Source of the DNA: Octopus sinensis
Lineage: Eukaryota
Length of the DNA: 64,000 nucleotides
Assembly: GCF_006345805.1 (NCBI RefSeq)
Contig: NC_043007.1
Location: forward strand, 36,518,001 to 36,582,000
Reading direction: 5' to 3'
Shown here piece after piece: positions 38,368-50,729 of the stretch. The notes beneath the pieces were generated by a model. The model was not told the DNA's origin. It ran no database searches and saw only the letters and a list, made by a program, of their open reading frames with translations. The position numbers and the translations under genes are program-made. Positions within the stretch are counted from its first letter, which is position 1; every line of letters starts with the position of its first letter.

Positions 38368-38752
38368 GGGGAAGTACTCCGTCGGTTACGACGACGAGGG
38401 TTCCGGTTGATCCGATCAACGGAACAGCCTGCTCGTGAAATTAACGTGTAAGTGGCTGAGCACTCCACAGACACGTGTACTCTTAACGTAGTTCTCGGGG
38501 ATATTCAGCATGACACAGAGAGTGACAAGGCCGGCCCTTTGAAATACAGGTACAACAGAAACAGGAAGTAAGAGTGAGAGAAAGTTGTGGTGAAAGAGTA
38601 CAGCAGGGATTACCACCATCCCCTGCTGGAGCCTCGTGGAGCTTTAGGTGTTTTCGCTCAATAAACACTCACAACGCCCGGTCTGGGAATCGAAACCGCG
38701 ATCCTACTACTGCGAGTCCGCTGCCCTAACCACTAGGCCATTGCACCTCCAC
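38368..38752 (-). mobile_element. SINE family B (tail 2)
   Basis: B head at 38580-38752. Tail ...GTGTCTGTGGAGTGCTCAGCCACTT...CCCTCGTCGTCGTAACCGACGGAG is shared with the family C copy at 13434. Confidence 0.82.
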
Positions 38753-39204
38753 TCACAATAATAACTACTACTACAACTACTACAGAAGCTATACAACCAA
38801 TGTGGTAGTTATCCACCTCTACATGGCTGCTCAATCTACAAAATGTAGCAGCTAAATCTCACTCAAATAACACCCTACCATCTTAGAATAAAATGTAAGG
38901 ACACACTGAGAAATGTAGGATATGTACTCATCAAAAGAAGACAGGATGGTGAAGGTTGTAATGTTGTTGCTATAGGTCTGTCTCAATTAAGGCAGACCTG
39001 GGGCTAAAAACAACTGTAAGCATCACAACAAGAACAACGACAACAACAACTGCTGTGGAGCACAATGGCCCAGTGTTTAGGGCAGCAGACTCACGGTAGT
39101 AAGAACGCGGTTTTGATTCCCAGACCGGGCAATGTGAGTGCTTATTGAGCAAAAACACTTAAGTTCCATGAGGCTCCGACGGGTAAGGGGGGGGCGTTGT
39201 ACTC

Positions 39205-39965
39205 TTTCTTCCTACTTCTGCTCTTGAGGCGCTTTTCCTCGAACAGCTTAACACCATTTTGGACAGCTGGACACCAGGCGCCATGGTCAGAGGCAAGTGA
39301 TTCCCAGCCACGGGCTGAAATGCCACAGGCCTCAAGGGAAGTCTTCAGGCTGTCCTTGTATCGCCTCAGTGACCTTCCAGGGTTTCTTGCTCCAGAAACC
39401 AGCTCAGAGAAGATCATCTTTGGTAGACGTGCATCATCCATTTGGACCACATGTCTGACCCACCAGAGCTCGGCCATCATGATGAGGGCTTCGATCCAGG
39501 GCATTTCAGCTCTGCGAAGCATCTCAGTGTTGGAGACTCTGTCCTCCCATGAAATTCCCATGATTAGTCACAAGCAGCGGAGGTGGAACTGGTCAAGTAC
39601 TTGCATTTGCCTCCTATACAGCGTCCACATCCCACAGCCGTAGAGCAGAGAGGTGATGACGCCTGCCCTATAGACTGCCAGCTTAGTGGAAAGTCTGATG
39701 CCTTATTTGGCCCACACTCGTGTCCAAAGTCTGCCAAACGAAACTCCTGCTTTTGAAAGCCTCATGGAGACATCTTTGTCCATGCTACTGTTTGAGGACA
39801 GGCAGCTTCCCAGGTATGTAAAGCTCTCCACGTTGTTCAGAGTTGTACCCTCAGTCTCAATCTGAGACTCAGGAGGTGTCAGACCAAGTGCATGTTGAAG
39901 CATCACTTCAGTGTTTCGCAGGCTAATGGTCAGTCCGAAGGCTTTTGCTGCTTCTACAAGACAAG
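39205..39965 (-). mobile_element. Second RTE-BovB-like LINE fragment (different family)
   Basis: FGLTISLRNTEVM, ESFTYLGS, FGRLWTRVW, DQFHLRCL, MDDARLPK, RYKDSLK in ORFs 39703-39984 and 39142-39561. Confidence 0.9.
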
Positions 39966-40494
39966 TGGCACCATATAACAACAACTGTAAACTACCATAA
40001 CTAAAACAACTCTAACTACAACCACCACCAACAACAACAACATCTATAACCAATACCACAACAGTAAACACAACAACTACCACTATCGCAACAATGGTTG
40101 TGATCACCAAAACCGCAATAACAATAGCAATCACTACTCCTACATAGACTGTAACCACACCACCACCACCAACAACAACAACAAGAACACAATAACAGTT
40201 ATGGAAACCATGGTGAAGGCTAAAGATGAGGTTCTTGTCACACATATTTTGTGCTATGTCCAATCCAAGATGAGATAGTTTCACTTCATTTTGCTTTCAC
40301 ACTTCAGTCATATTATCTATGTTCCCCTGCAAGACATGAATGAACATCATTTCTTCATTCAATTACAACCATATATCATAATCACTTCCTGGACCCTCTC
40401 CTACAAACCCCTGAGGGTATTGTTAGTTATATTAGTAGATGAAGTAGATGAAGATAAAGAAAGAAAAGAAGAAAAAAAAAACAGTCTTCCTCAC

Positions 40495-40633
40495 CTGATA
40501 GTACAACTTCCACCAAGCAGTTCTCTTTAAGAAGGGAGGGCGACGTGATGAGGCTAAGCACATTTGGATTTGAGCTGTCATGACGAAAGAGTAAGATTTT
40601 ATCCACCAAGCCATAGAAACAATGTTCAGGGAA
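40495..40633 (-). CDS. PRKD: Internal coding exon of serine/threonine protein kinase D (ubiquitin-like domain, C-terminal half)
   Basis: Minus strand has a strong acceptor (tttttctttttttccattccAG) and donor (CAG|GTGAGG) around a 139-nt open phase 0/1 exon: [46 protein letters not shown]. This matches vertebrate PRKD1 [46 protein letters not shown] as recalled. Neighbouring exons were not found in the window. Confidence 0.9.
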
Positions 40634-41819
40634 CTGGAATGGAAAAAAAGAAAAATTTAGAATATTGAAAATTTATCTTTGAGAATAGAAATTAATAAAT
40701 CATCATCATCATCATCATCACCACCACCACCACCACCACCACCATCCTCACCTTTTAACAGCTACTTTTCAATGCTTGCATGGATCAGACAGAATTTTTT
40801 GAGGCATACTCTACAGCTGAATGCCTTTGCTGTCACTAACCCTCAACCAAGGTTTCCAAGCAAGGTAATATTTCCCATAACCAGACAGGTAATTTTCATG
40901 GAAGACAGGTATTTTTCATGCTTGACAATGTGTGTGCGTATGTGTGTGGTAAGAAGTTTGCTTTCCAATTACATGATTCTGGGATTGGTTCCTTTGTGGT
41001 ACCTTGGATTAAGTGTCTTTTGCTATAGCCCAAGCCAACCAAAGCCTTGTGAGTGGATTTCAGGTAGACAGAAGCTGAAAGGTGTATGTGTTTATGTGTG
41101 TTTGTGTGCGTGCGTATGCATGCATGTGTGTAAGTATGCACCAGAGTGGAATGGTCTATATCCAGGCAGTTATATTTGGTTTCTCTTTTAAGATTTGTAC
41201 AGCTATCTCACTCTCAGATAGCAGTGACCAGGTCATTTTCATTAAATTCTGCCGAGGTCGACTTTGCCTTTCATCCTTTCGGGGTTGATAAATTAAGTAC
41301 CAGTTACGCACTGGGGTCAATCTAATCGACTCAATCCCTTTGTCTGTCCTTGTTTGTCCCCTCTATGTTTAGCCCCTTGAGGGCACTAAAAAAAAATATG
41401 TAGTGCCCTCTCTTGCTAATTGTCTTCAATTGGTAATATTTGAACATTTCCACTGGTACATAAATCTATCAACTTGCTCAGGCATCTGTGTATATTCTGA
41501 CATGGTTAAATACTGAACAAATTTCAGAGAGTACTTCCTAGAACATTTTACATGTACAATCTCACACTTACGTTAGGCTTTTCAACCAGATACTTATTGC
41601 TTCCTAATACATGCACACACTGTATATTCTGTAGGGTAGAAAATGTAGGTGATTATTTGTAGGCAAAATTTGAACTCAGAACATAGCGGCAAACTAAATA
41701 CCACTAAGCTTTTTGCCCAGCATGCTAATGAATCTGCCAGCTCGCCGCCTTATGGCTATCCACAGTTATCACACAATTGTCGCTGGATCTACTTTAGGAA
41801 TACCTCAGTGTACATTGAA

Positions 41820-42150
41820 TATAAAACATATGATAGAAATAGAAAATGGAATAGATGGGAAACTTTATGGTTGATGACAATTGTTTTGATATATCCTGCA
41901 TTGACCCCTTGTGGGTGGGGAAACTCTACAGCTAGTTGTGGTGTATCCCTTAGTGCAGAAGCATCTCGTCAGGTGATGTAATAAGAGGTATCTCATTAAA
42001 TGAACTCTTATCACCTGATGAGACTCTTCTGCACCACTAATTGTATAGCTTCTCACCTGCAAGGGATTGATGCAGGATGTGTTGAAATGATCATTGTGAG
42101 TAATAAAGTTTCCTGTATATTCCATTTTCTGGCTCTATCATTTGTTTTTA
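41820..42150. mobile_element. Old foldback/MITE-like element with ~150-bp diverged arms
   Basis: 41828-41977 is an inverted repeat of 42010-42146. The inner 25-bp stem has 2 mismatches and 1 G-U pair. Confidence 0.7.
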
Positions 42151-42729
42151 ATTATATATAATTATATATATACAATAAAATAAAATAAAATAAAATAAAA
42201 TACAAAATGGGACAAGAATGCAAAACATCCGGACAACTAGGTGATACAAAAAGGGACGACAAAACATCCAGATAGACGATACAGAAAAACAAGGACGGGT
42301 CATTCGAAGCCTTTTATCTTCAGTCAAGAACTGGATCATCCTCGCAATTTCGGCTGATTAATCTTGAGATTGCTCCAATCTGGCCAGCCTCAAGGAAAGA
42401 ACTAAGCTAAGAGCATAAGATTCCTTGAGAAAAAGCATCGAATGTATACAAAAACAAGGACGGAAAAACAGACGATGTTACACGAATATAAATACAAAAA
42501 TACAATAAAAATAACAATAATAATAATAATAATAATAATAACAGGACATAACAACAGGTGCTACACAGTATCTGTTGTATATATATATATATATATATAT
42601 ATTTCTTTACTACCCACAAGGGGCTAAACACAGAGGGGACAAACAAGGACAAACAAACGGATTAAGTCGATTACATCGACCCCAGTGCCTAACTGGTACT
42701 TAATTTATCGACCCCGAAAGGATGAAAGG

Positions 42730-42768
<39 letters not shown>

Positions 42769-44194
42769 CACAATATTGATAATAAGGACAATGAAGAATT
42801 TGAACAGTCAAACTTTATGCTTATTTCCACCACTACAATTAATAACCATTATAAATTCAAATAATATAATCAACTCTGAAAGGCTTCAAAATTCCTTGTG
42901 ACTATAAAATATGTAGAATCAATCAAAAATAAGTATTCTATAAGTAACCACTCCCTGCCTAGCCAAGAACATTTGCTAACTTGCTGCCACTGCTACGGAA
43001 TTTTTACCAAACAAACTGTTGGGAAAAACATTTCATAGTTATGGTTTTCTACTACTGCCAAGCCTAATTCAAACTAATAGCAGAGGAAAATTTCTCTTTG
43101 AACAATGTCATGCTTATCTGCCTGGAAGGGACTGTACTCATAATGCATAAAAAGCTGCATATGAATATGCAACAATATGCAGTTGGTGTGATCAAAACAC
43201 GTGTCGGACCATTGTTATGAATAAACTAACTGGAAATAAACATGAAATTTGAATGTTCAAATTCTTCATTCTCCTTATTATTAATCTTGTTCTTTACACA
43301 CTAAGTAGCCAAGAAACAAACTGGGACATCAGATGGGAGCTAAAGGAAAATTATCAAAAAACGCACCATCAGAAGGAACCAGCTTTGGCTTTTTACTCAA
43401 AGAAATTCGGTATCTGCCTGGATATTATATCCCTCCTCTTACTATACATATATATATAGAGAGAGAGGTTGGTGTTAGGAGGGGCGTCCAGCTGTAGAAA
43501 CACTGCCAAATCAGACTGGAGCCTGGAACAGCCTCCATGGCTTCCAGACCCCGGTCGAACCGTCCAACCCATGCCAGTGTGGAAAATGGACGTTAAATGA
43601 TGATGATGATGATGATGATTATATATATATATATATATATCACTAGGTAACCATGTACCTCCTCTATAGCAAGACACCTATATCTGCCTACCTGTTTCTC
43701 TGTCACACTCTTATTATTCATCATCTGATACTGGATCACTTCCTCCAATGACCCCTCCACTATAGCAAGATACCTGTTTCTGCCACGTTGTCTCTTTGTC
43801 CCCCCCTCTAACTTTTCAACCTCTGACACGAATTCCCCTTCTCCACTACCCCTGCCCCTCTCATAATTCCTTGTTTGCAAGTTACTTGGTGATCCTGCCA
43901 GTGCTGGTGCCATTTAAAAATATCCAGTCCATACTGTAAAGTGGTTGGCACTTGGAAGGGCATCAAGCTGTAAAAATCATGCCAAAACTGACCTCGCCTG
44001 TGCTGGTGTCACGTAAAAAGCATTGAGCCCATTCTGCAGAGTGGTTGGTGTTAGGAAGGGCATCCAGCTGTAAAAACCCTGCCAAAACACAGAGTAGCAT
44101 AGGGTAATTTTTCTACCTAGCCAGCTCCTGTCAACCGTCCTACCCATGCATGCATGGAAGATGGATGTTAAACAATGATGATGATGATGATGGT

Positions 44195-44422
44195 GGCAAG
44201 ATGGCAGAAAGGTTAGCACATTGGGCGAAATGCTTAGCAGTATTTCGTCTGCCGTTACGTTCTGAGTTCAAATTCTGCTGAGGTCGACTTTGCCTTTCAT
44301 CCTTTCAGGGTCGATAAATTAAGTACCAGTTACGCACTGGGGTCTATATAATCGACTTAATCCGTTGTCTGTCCTTGTTTGCCCTCTCTGTGTTTAGTCC
44401 CTTGTGGGTAGTAAAGAAATAG
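44195..44422 (+). mobile_element. tRNA-headed SINE family D
   Basis: GGCAAGATGGCAGAAAGGTTAG...GAGTTCAAATTC...GTCGACTTTGCCTTTCATCCTTTCAGGGTCGATAAATTAAGTACCAG. Other copies at ~17872-18075(-), 20632-20858(-), 27883-28100(-), 41235-41392, 41630-41750(-), 42602-42733(-), 55170-55330, 62797-63020(-). Confidence 0.82.
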
Positions 44423-45529
44423 GTATATATGTGCTACACAGTGGGAGTAAACCCAAAATCATGTGAAGGGGAAGCAAACTCCTCAAACACAATGCCATGG
44501 CAGAGTCTATCAATTAAATTGATCTGCCCCCCTACCCACTTGTTATACATGACTTGTTTTTGTAAACTCAGGTGGAAAGAAAATTGCTCAGCCATTTGAT
44601 CTTAAAACAAAACAAAAAAAAAAGAACAGGGGAGGTAACCAAATACAACAAGGAGCATCTTGTCCCCCACTTTGCTTTAATATGTTACGCAAATTCATCA
44701 GTTGTTTATTACTAAACTGTAGACTCAAGCTACAATTATAAAGCCATCTGTTACTGATTTCAGACCAGATGTGTTGGCTAAATCCTTTTCAGCCTCTTAA
44801 CAAGTTTGCTAATGTCTTCCTCAGCCTTGCTAAGTACTGATTACAAAGGAGTTTGGGTTTTTACATTTTTTTTCTTATTTTATCTGTATTTTTTTTATTT
44901 TTTTGCTTTTCTTTGTTTATTTATTCAATTTGTTATATTTCGTAGTTGTTGTGGCTATATCCTGCTCTTTATTATTTTTTCTTTCAAAGCATTAATTTTC
45001 TGTATTTCTTTATCATATTTACGTTTATATTTCCTTCCCACCAATCATTTTGTTTAAATCCTTCACTCGCCCCTCTCAGTCTCCACTCTCTCTATATATA
45101 TGTTAAAACGTTTCTTTATCTTCATAAGTGCAGGCATAGCAGCATAGTTAAAAAGGGGACTTCACAACTATGGGTCTCACGGTTCAAACCCACTGCATGG
45201 CACCATGCGCATGTATTTTCTACCATATACACACATACACCAACACCTTGTGAGTGGAACTTTGCTGATGGAAATTATGCAGAATCTCTCCGAAAAATAT
45301 ATACATATATGTTTATGAATGTGTGTGTGTGTGTGTGTGTAATCATCATCATCATCATCATCACCATCGTTTAACGCCCGCTTTCCATGCTATCATCGGT
45401 TGGACGATTTTGACTGAGGGCTGGTGAACCAGGTGGCTGCACCGGGCTCCAATCTTGATCTTGCAGAGTTTCTACAGCTGGATGCCCTTCCTAACGCCAA
45501 CCACTCTGAGAGTGTAGTGGGTGCTTTTT

Positions 45530-45567
<38 letters not shown>

Positions 45568-45761
45568 GTATATATATATATATAGGTGCAGGAGGGTCTG
45601 TGTGGTAAGTAGCTTACTTACCAACCACATGGTTCCAAGTTCAGTTCCACTACGTTGCACCTTGGGCAAGTGTCTTCTACTATAGCCTCGGGCTGACCAA
45701 AGCCTTTGTGAGTGGATTGTAGATGGAGACTGAAAGAAGGCGTCGTGTGTGTGTGTGTACA

Positions 45762-45801
<40 letters not shown>

Positions 45802-46029
45802 TATCTATATATCTATATATAATAATATATATATATATAGTAATATATTACAGTATATATAGAATATATATACATATGGTATATACTCATCGTTATGGTC
45901 AGATCCCCAAACTGAAATCTTATGAAACCTATTGAAAGGCTTTCGCTCCTGAAAAATGGAGCTCATGGAGCTCTAAAATGTTGGAGTTAAGGTCCCTATT
46001 AGGAGGGGTGTTTCTTAAAATCAACTATA

Positions 46030-46252
46030 TATATAGTATATATATACAGTGTATATATATATATATAGTATATATATATATATAGTATATGTATATTGTA
46101 TAAATATGTATATATATATATAGTATATGTATATTGTATAAATATGTATATATATATATAGTATATGTATATTTTATAAATATGTATATATATATATAGT
46201 ATATGTATATTGTATAAATATGTATATATATATAGTATATGTATATTTATAA

Positions 46253-46284
<32 letters not shown>

Positions 46285-46323
46285 TGTATAAATATGTATA
46301 TATATATATATATATATTGTATA

Positions 46324-46354
<31 letters not shown>

Positions 46355-46495
46355 CATATTTATACAATATACATATACTATATATATTTTATACTATATA
46401 TATATTATATATATATTATATACTACTATATATATATACTATTATATATACACTATATATATATATATATAGTATAAATATGTATATAGTATATA
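46030..46495. repeat. TA-rich minisatellite (TATAGTATATGTATATTGTATAAATATG unit)
   Basis: Direct reading. A similar CATATATACATACATAAATACATATATATGAA array lies at 62270-62660. Confidence 0.8.
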
Positions 46496-46499
46496 TATA

Positions 46500-46881
46500 T
46501 CTCTCTCTATATAAACGGCAGTTTGTCTGTGCGTGTTTCTGTGTGTCTGTTTGCTTGTACCCTCACCCTGACCACGGCTTTCAACCGATTCTGATGAAAC
46601 TTGACACACACATAGCCCAATGTCATAATTCAAAACTAACGCAGCGAAAATTTTGAAAAGTTCCCCCAGTTCTGAAAAAAATCGATAAATTCGACATGGG
46701 GTCGAGAATCAGAAACACAAACCGCAAACTGTCTAGAGGACGCAACTCCACCTTTTTTTACTCTCAAAAAAAATTTACCATAATTTTTTCCATTTTTTGC
46801 TATTTTTTTACTATAACTCTCTAAAAATGCTTTATAGTTATTTCCCTTACAAACCTGAGCAACGCCGGGCGATACTGCTAG
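46500..46881 (+). mobile_element. Non-autonomous Helitron
   Basis: A|TCTCTCTCTATATAAACGGCAG ... CCTGAGCAACGCCGGGCGATACTGCTAG|T. Its 3' ~150 bp is shared with the 5306-5701 copy. Confidence 0.8.
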
Positions 46882-47287
46882 TATATAGTAAAAATATATT
46901 TTCCTAGCATTTTAAAATTTATAATTCTTGAAATATTATGTTGATGACGGAAATGAATTTTTATAATTCTAATCCAGAAATGCATCCATAATTAATTAAA
47001 GACTGTTTTGATTTCATTATTTTTCTTCTTTTTGCATATGTGAGTTACAAATATTGTTATCTGTGGAGACATATATTGTAGAAAAAAGAAATAACAGTCT
47101 TTTGGCTGCTATTTCTAAAATTTTTGGTATGTGGTGTAGCAACTTGTTGCTAAACACTTAATTGTTGTTATAATTATATATAAAATAAACTTTTTGTTTA
47201 AGTTTTTATTGAATATAGTACTTTTCCATACCGAAAACTACTTGGTACAATTTGTTAATTTATTAAATTAATAATTTTTTACCCTAT

Positions 47288-48116
47288 AGCATCAGTTGTG
47301 GTGTGCAAGAGAGACGATTGTGCTGGTATGGTCATGTGGCGAGAATGGATGAAGATAGGTGTGTGAGAAAGTGCCAATCCCTAGCAGTGGAGGGAACCCG
47401 TGGAAGAGGTAGACCCAGGAAAACTTGGGCGAAGGTGGTGAAGCACGACCTTCGAACTTTAGGTCTCACTGAGGAAATGACCAGCGACCGAGACCTTTGG
47501 AAATATGCTGTGCGTGAAAAGACCAGGCAGGACAAGTGAGTCCAGCCCACTTATGCATGCCTTTCCTCCCTTGGACACACAAAGACCTGTTGAGGCAAGC
47601 GAAGTCGATATCGAACCTCATCCGACGACAGGCACCTATGCCAACCCCCCTTTGCTTGCAAAGACCTGTTGGGGCAAGTGAAATCGGAATCGAAATTGAA
47701 CCAATCCTATGACTGGCACCCGGCAGATATCAGGACTACTGGACTGGAGATACGTAAAAATCACTATCCAAATCGTGGCCGATGCCAGTGCCGCCTCGAC
47801 TGGCTTCCGTGTTGGTGGCACGTAAAAAGCACCATCCGAATCGTGGCCGAAGCCAGTGCCGCCTCGACTGGCTTCCGTGCAGGTGGCACGTAAAATGCAC
47901 CAATCCGATTGTGGCCGATGCCAGCCCCGCCTGGCACCAGTGCAGGTGGCACGTAAAAAGCACCCACTACACTCACGGAGTGGTTGGCGTTAGGAAGGGC
48001 ATCCAGCTGTAGAAACATTGCCAGATAAGACCGGAGCCTGGTGCAGACTTCTGGCTTCCCAGATCCCCAGTCGCACCGTCCAACCCATGCTAGCCTGGAG
48101 AACGGACGTTAAACGA
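47288..48116 (+). mobile_element. Same RTE family, short 3' fragment
   Basis: QERRLCWYGHVARMDEDRCV...REKTRQDK followed by the family 3' UTR. Confidence 0.92.
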
Positions 48117-48133
48117 AGAAAAAATCTGTAATG

Positions 48134-48168
<35 letters not shown>

Positions 48169-49327
48169 TAAACATGCATATAGTATATATAGTATAAATA
48201 TATATATGTGAGATTTTAGCTTCACTTAATAGTTTCAGAATTAATAGTGAAAGTATTGAAGTGAAAGTATCTGACATTATAATATAGAGATGTTATTGTT
48301 TATATATATATATATGTATGTATGTATGCATACATGTATATATATGCATGCCTGTATATATGTGAGATAATAGTTTCAGTATTAATAGTGAAAGTATTAA
48401 AGTGAAAGTATCTGACATTACAATACAGAGATGTTATTGTTATATATATATATATATATACAGTATATATATATAAGGTATATATATATATATATATATA
48501 TACACACAGTATAAGGTATATATATATATATATATATACACACAGTATAAGGTGTATATATATATATATATATATATATAGATATATATATACACACAGA
48601 GTATATATACCAGCACAGATTCTCACATATACCTCCAACACAATTATACACACGTGGGCATAAACACACATGCACGTAAGCACACATGCACACAAGCACT
48701 CGCACGCACATTACGCATACACACGCACATACGATACGCACGCACGCACACACACACACACACACACAAATGAACCCACACATACATCCCATACACACAG
48801 CACACACTCATACATACACACACACAATTATACATACATGTATACACACATACGGACATACAAGCACACACGTACACAGTTATTCGCCACACACACAAAC
48901 TTTACGCATACACATACGAACACACACATACATACACACACACAATACATATACATATACATACACGCACACACACACATACTTCAAACTACCAGTAACT
49001 TTCACTGACCATTCTTCCACATGGGTAGATAAGACACAAGAGCCACTCCTAATTCCTTCTTCCTTGACCTTAAAAAATACTAAGCCCTACCACACACAGA
49101 TTAACAGCCACAACCACACACACACACATACACACGTGCGCGCATTATCATTGCACACACACGCAGATATCCACACTTACACACACATACCTCCTCTTGC
49201 ACTCTCCTGTCTTTGAAAGAACTTTTCTTCACCCATTCCCTTCCGGTCATTCAAAATGTGACCGCGTGTGTACCGTTCGCGATTTTTTTCCGCCGTCTTC
49301 CCTTCTTTGGATCTTTCCTTTTCCTAT

Positions 49328-49362
49328 GTTTCTGACGAAGAGCTCCTCTCAAAACGTTGAAG
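49328..49362 (+). ncRNA. Hammerhead motif (family H1), core-mutated
   Basis: GTTT-CTGACGA-A-GAGC-TCC-TCTC-AAAA-CG-TT. Element ~49190-49455. Confidence 0.5.
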
Positions 49363-49453
49363 CCTCCTTCTTTCCTTAGCATCCAATAATACCATACTTG
49401 TTCCACGTCCTCGCGTTGTTGTGTTTTCTCTTTGTTTTCATGTTTGGATTAAC

Positions 49454-49494
<41 letters not shown>

Positions 49495-49556
49495 TATATA
49501 CATATATATATATATAAGGTATATACATATATATATATAAAGCATATACACACATA

Positions 49557-49592
<36 letters not shown>

Positions 49593-49907
49593 TGCATACA
49601 TGTATATATATGCATGCCTGTATATATGTGAGATAATAGTTTCAGTATTAAAAGTGAAATTATTAAAGTGAAAGTATCTGACATTACTATACAGAGATGT
49701 TATTGTTTCACTTTTGACACGTAATATTGAAATAGCTCGCATTACGCATGAAGTTGAAAATCTTTTTGGCCCATGACACTACCAGGACCCTAAGTAAGGC
49801 ATGCATAAACCTTCAATTAATTCAGTTGTGTAGTTCATGAATTTTTAGGATACACACACTGACAAACATTCTCATGTTTATATATATATATATACACGTA
49901 TATATAT

Positions 49908-50308
49908 AGGCGCAGGAGTGGCTGTGTGGTAAATAGCTTGCTTACCAACCACATGGTTCCGGGTTCAGTCCCACTGCGTGGTACCTTGGACAAGTGTCTT
50001 CTACTATAGCATCGGGCTGACCAAAGCCTTGTGAGTGGATTTGGTAGACAGAAACTGAAAGAAGCCCATCGTATATATGTATATATATGTGTGCGTGTGT
50101 GTTTGTGTGTCTGTGTTTGTCCCCCTAGCATTTCTTGACAATCGATGGTGGTGTGTTTATGTCCCTATCACCTAGTGTTTCGGCAAAAGTGACCGATAGA
50201 ATAAGTACTGGGCTTACAAAGAATAAGTCCCGGGGTTGAGTTGCTCGACTAAAGGCAGTGCTCCAACATGGCCGCAGTCAAATGACTGAAACAAGAAAAA
50301 GAGAAAAA
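49908..50308 (+). mobile_element. tRNA-headed SINE family A, full length
   Basis: Head GGCGCAGGAGTGGCTGTGTGG (A-box-like) ...GGTTCAGTCCC (B-box-like), internal (TA)/(TG) microsatellite, (GAGTAAAA)-type tail. Other copies at ~1151-1494(-), 8785-9180(-), 9755-10157(-), 13030-13400, 13661-14072, 29905-30150, 40930-41110, 45585-45750, 51797-51958(-), 56444-56812, 63025-63190(-). Confidence 0.85.
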
Positions 50309-50333
50309 GATATATATATACATACATATATAT

Positions 50334-50376
<43 letters not shown>

Positions 50377-50379
<3 letters not shown>

Positions 50380-50672
50380 GAGGCGCAATGGCCCAGTGGT
50401 TAGGGCAGCGGACTCGCAGTTGTAGGATCGCGGTTTTGATTCCTAGACCAAGCGTTGTGAGCGTTTATTGAGCAAAAACACCTAAAGCTCCACGAGGCTC
50501 CAAGAGGGGGTGATGGGGGTCCCTGCTGTACTCTTTCACCACAACTTTCTCTCACTCTTTCTGCTGTTGGCCTGCTCACTTAGCCAGCGGGGTGGGGTCA
50601 TCTGACGGCTAAAACAATGCGAAACGCATTGTGACCAGTGATGTGTAGCAACATCTGATAGCCTGGTCGGTG
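50377..50672 (+). mobile_element. tRNA-headed SINE family B (tail 1)
   Basis: GGAGGCGCAATGGCCCAGTGGTTAGGGCAGCGGAC...GGTTTTGATTCC. Other tail-1 copies at 3966-4275(-) and 55841-56155(+). Truncated copies at 8608-8785 and 39055-39185. Confidence 0.85.
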
Positions 50673-50697
50673 ATATATATATATTTTATATATATAT

Positions 50698-50729
<32 letters not shown>

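Noticed and set aside
43253-43459. ORF starting with a signal-peptide-like stretch (MFKFFILLIINLVLY)
   Set aside because: AT-rich chance hydrophobicity; no homology recognised; antisense to PRKD.
44570-44633. Plus-strand AG/GT-bounded open segment (GGKKIAQPFDLKTKQKKRTGE)
   Set aside because: No homology, contains an A-run, no partner exons.
3830-49362. Idea that intact hammerheads are all antisense to PRKD (purged from the sense strand)
   Set aside because: The 3830-3864 copy is sense-oriented with an intact core; numbers are too small.
50377-50450. tRNA gene (also other SINE heads)
   Set aside because: A/B-box-like heads continue into SINE bodies; no complete cloverleaf or terminator.
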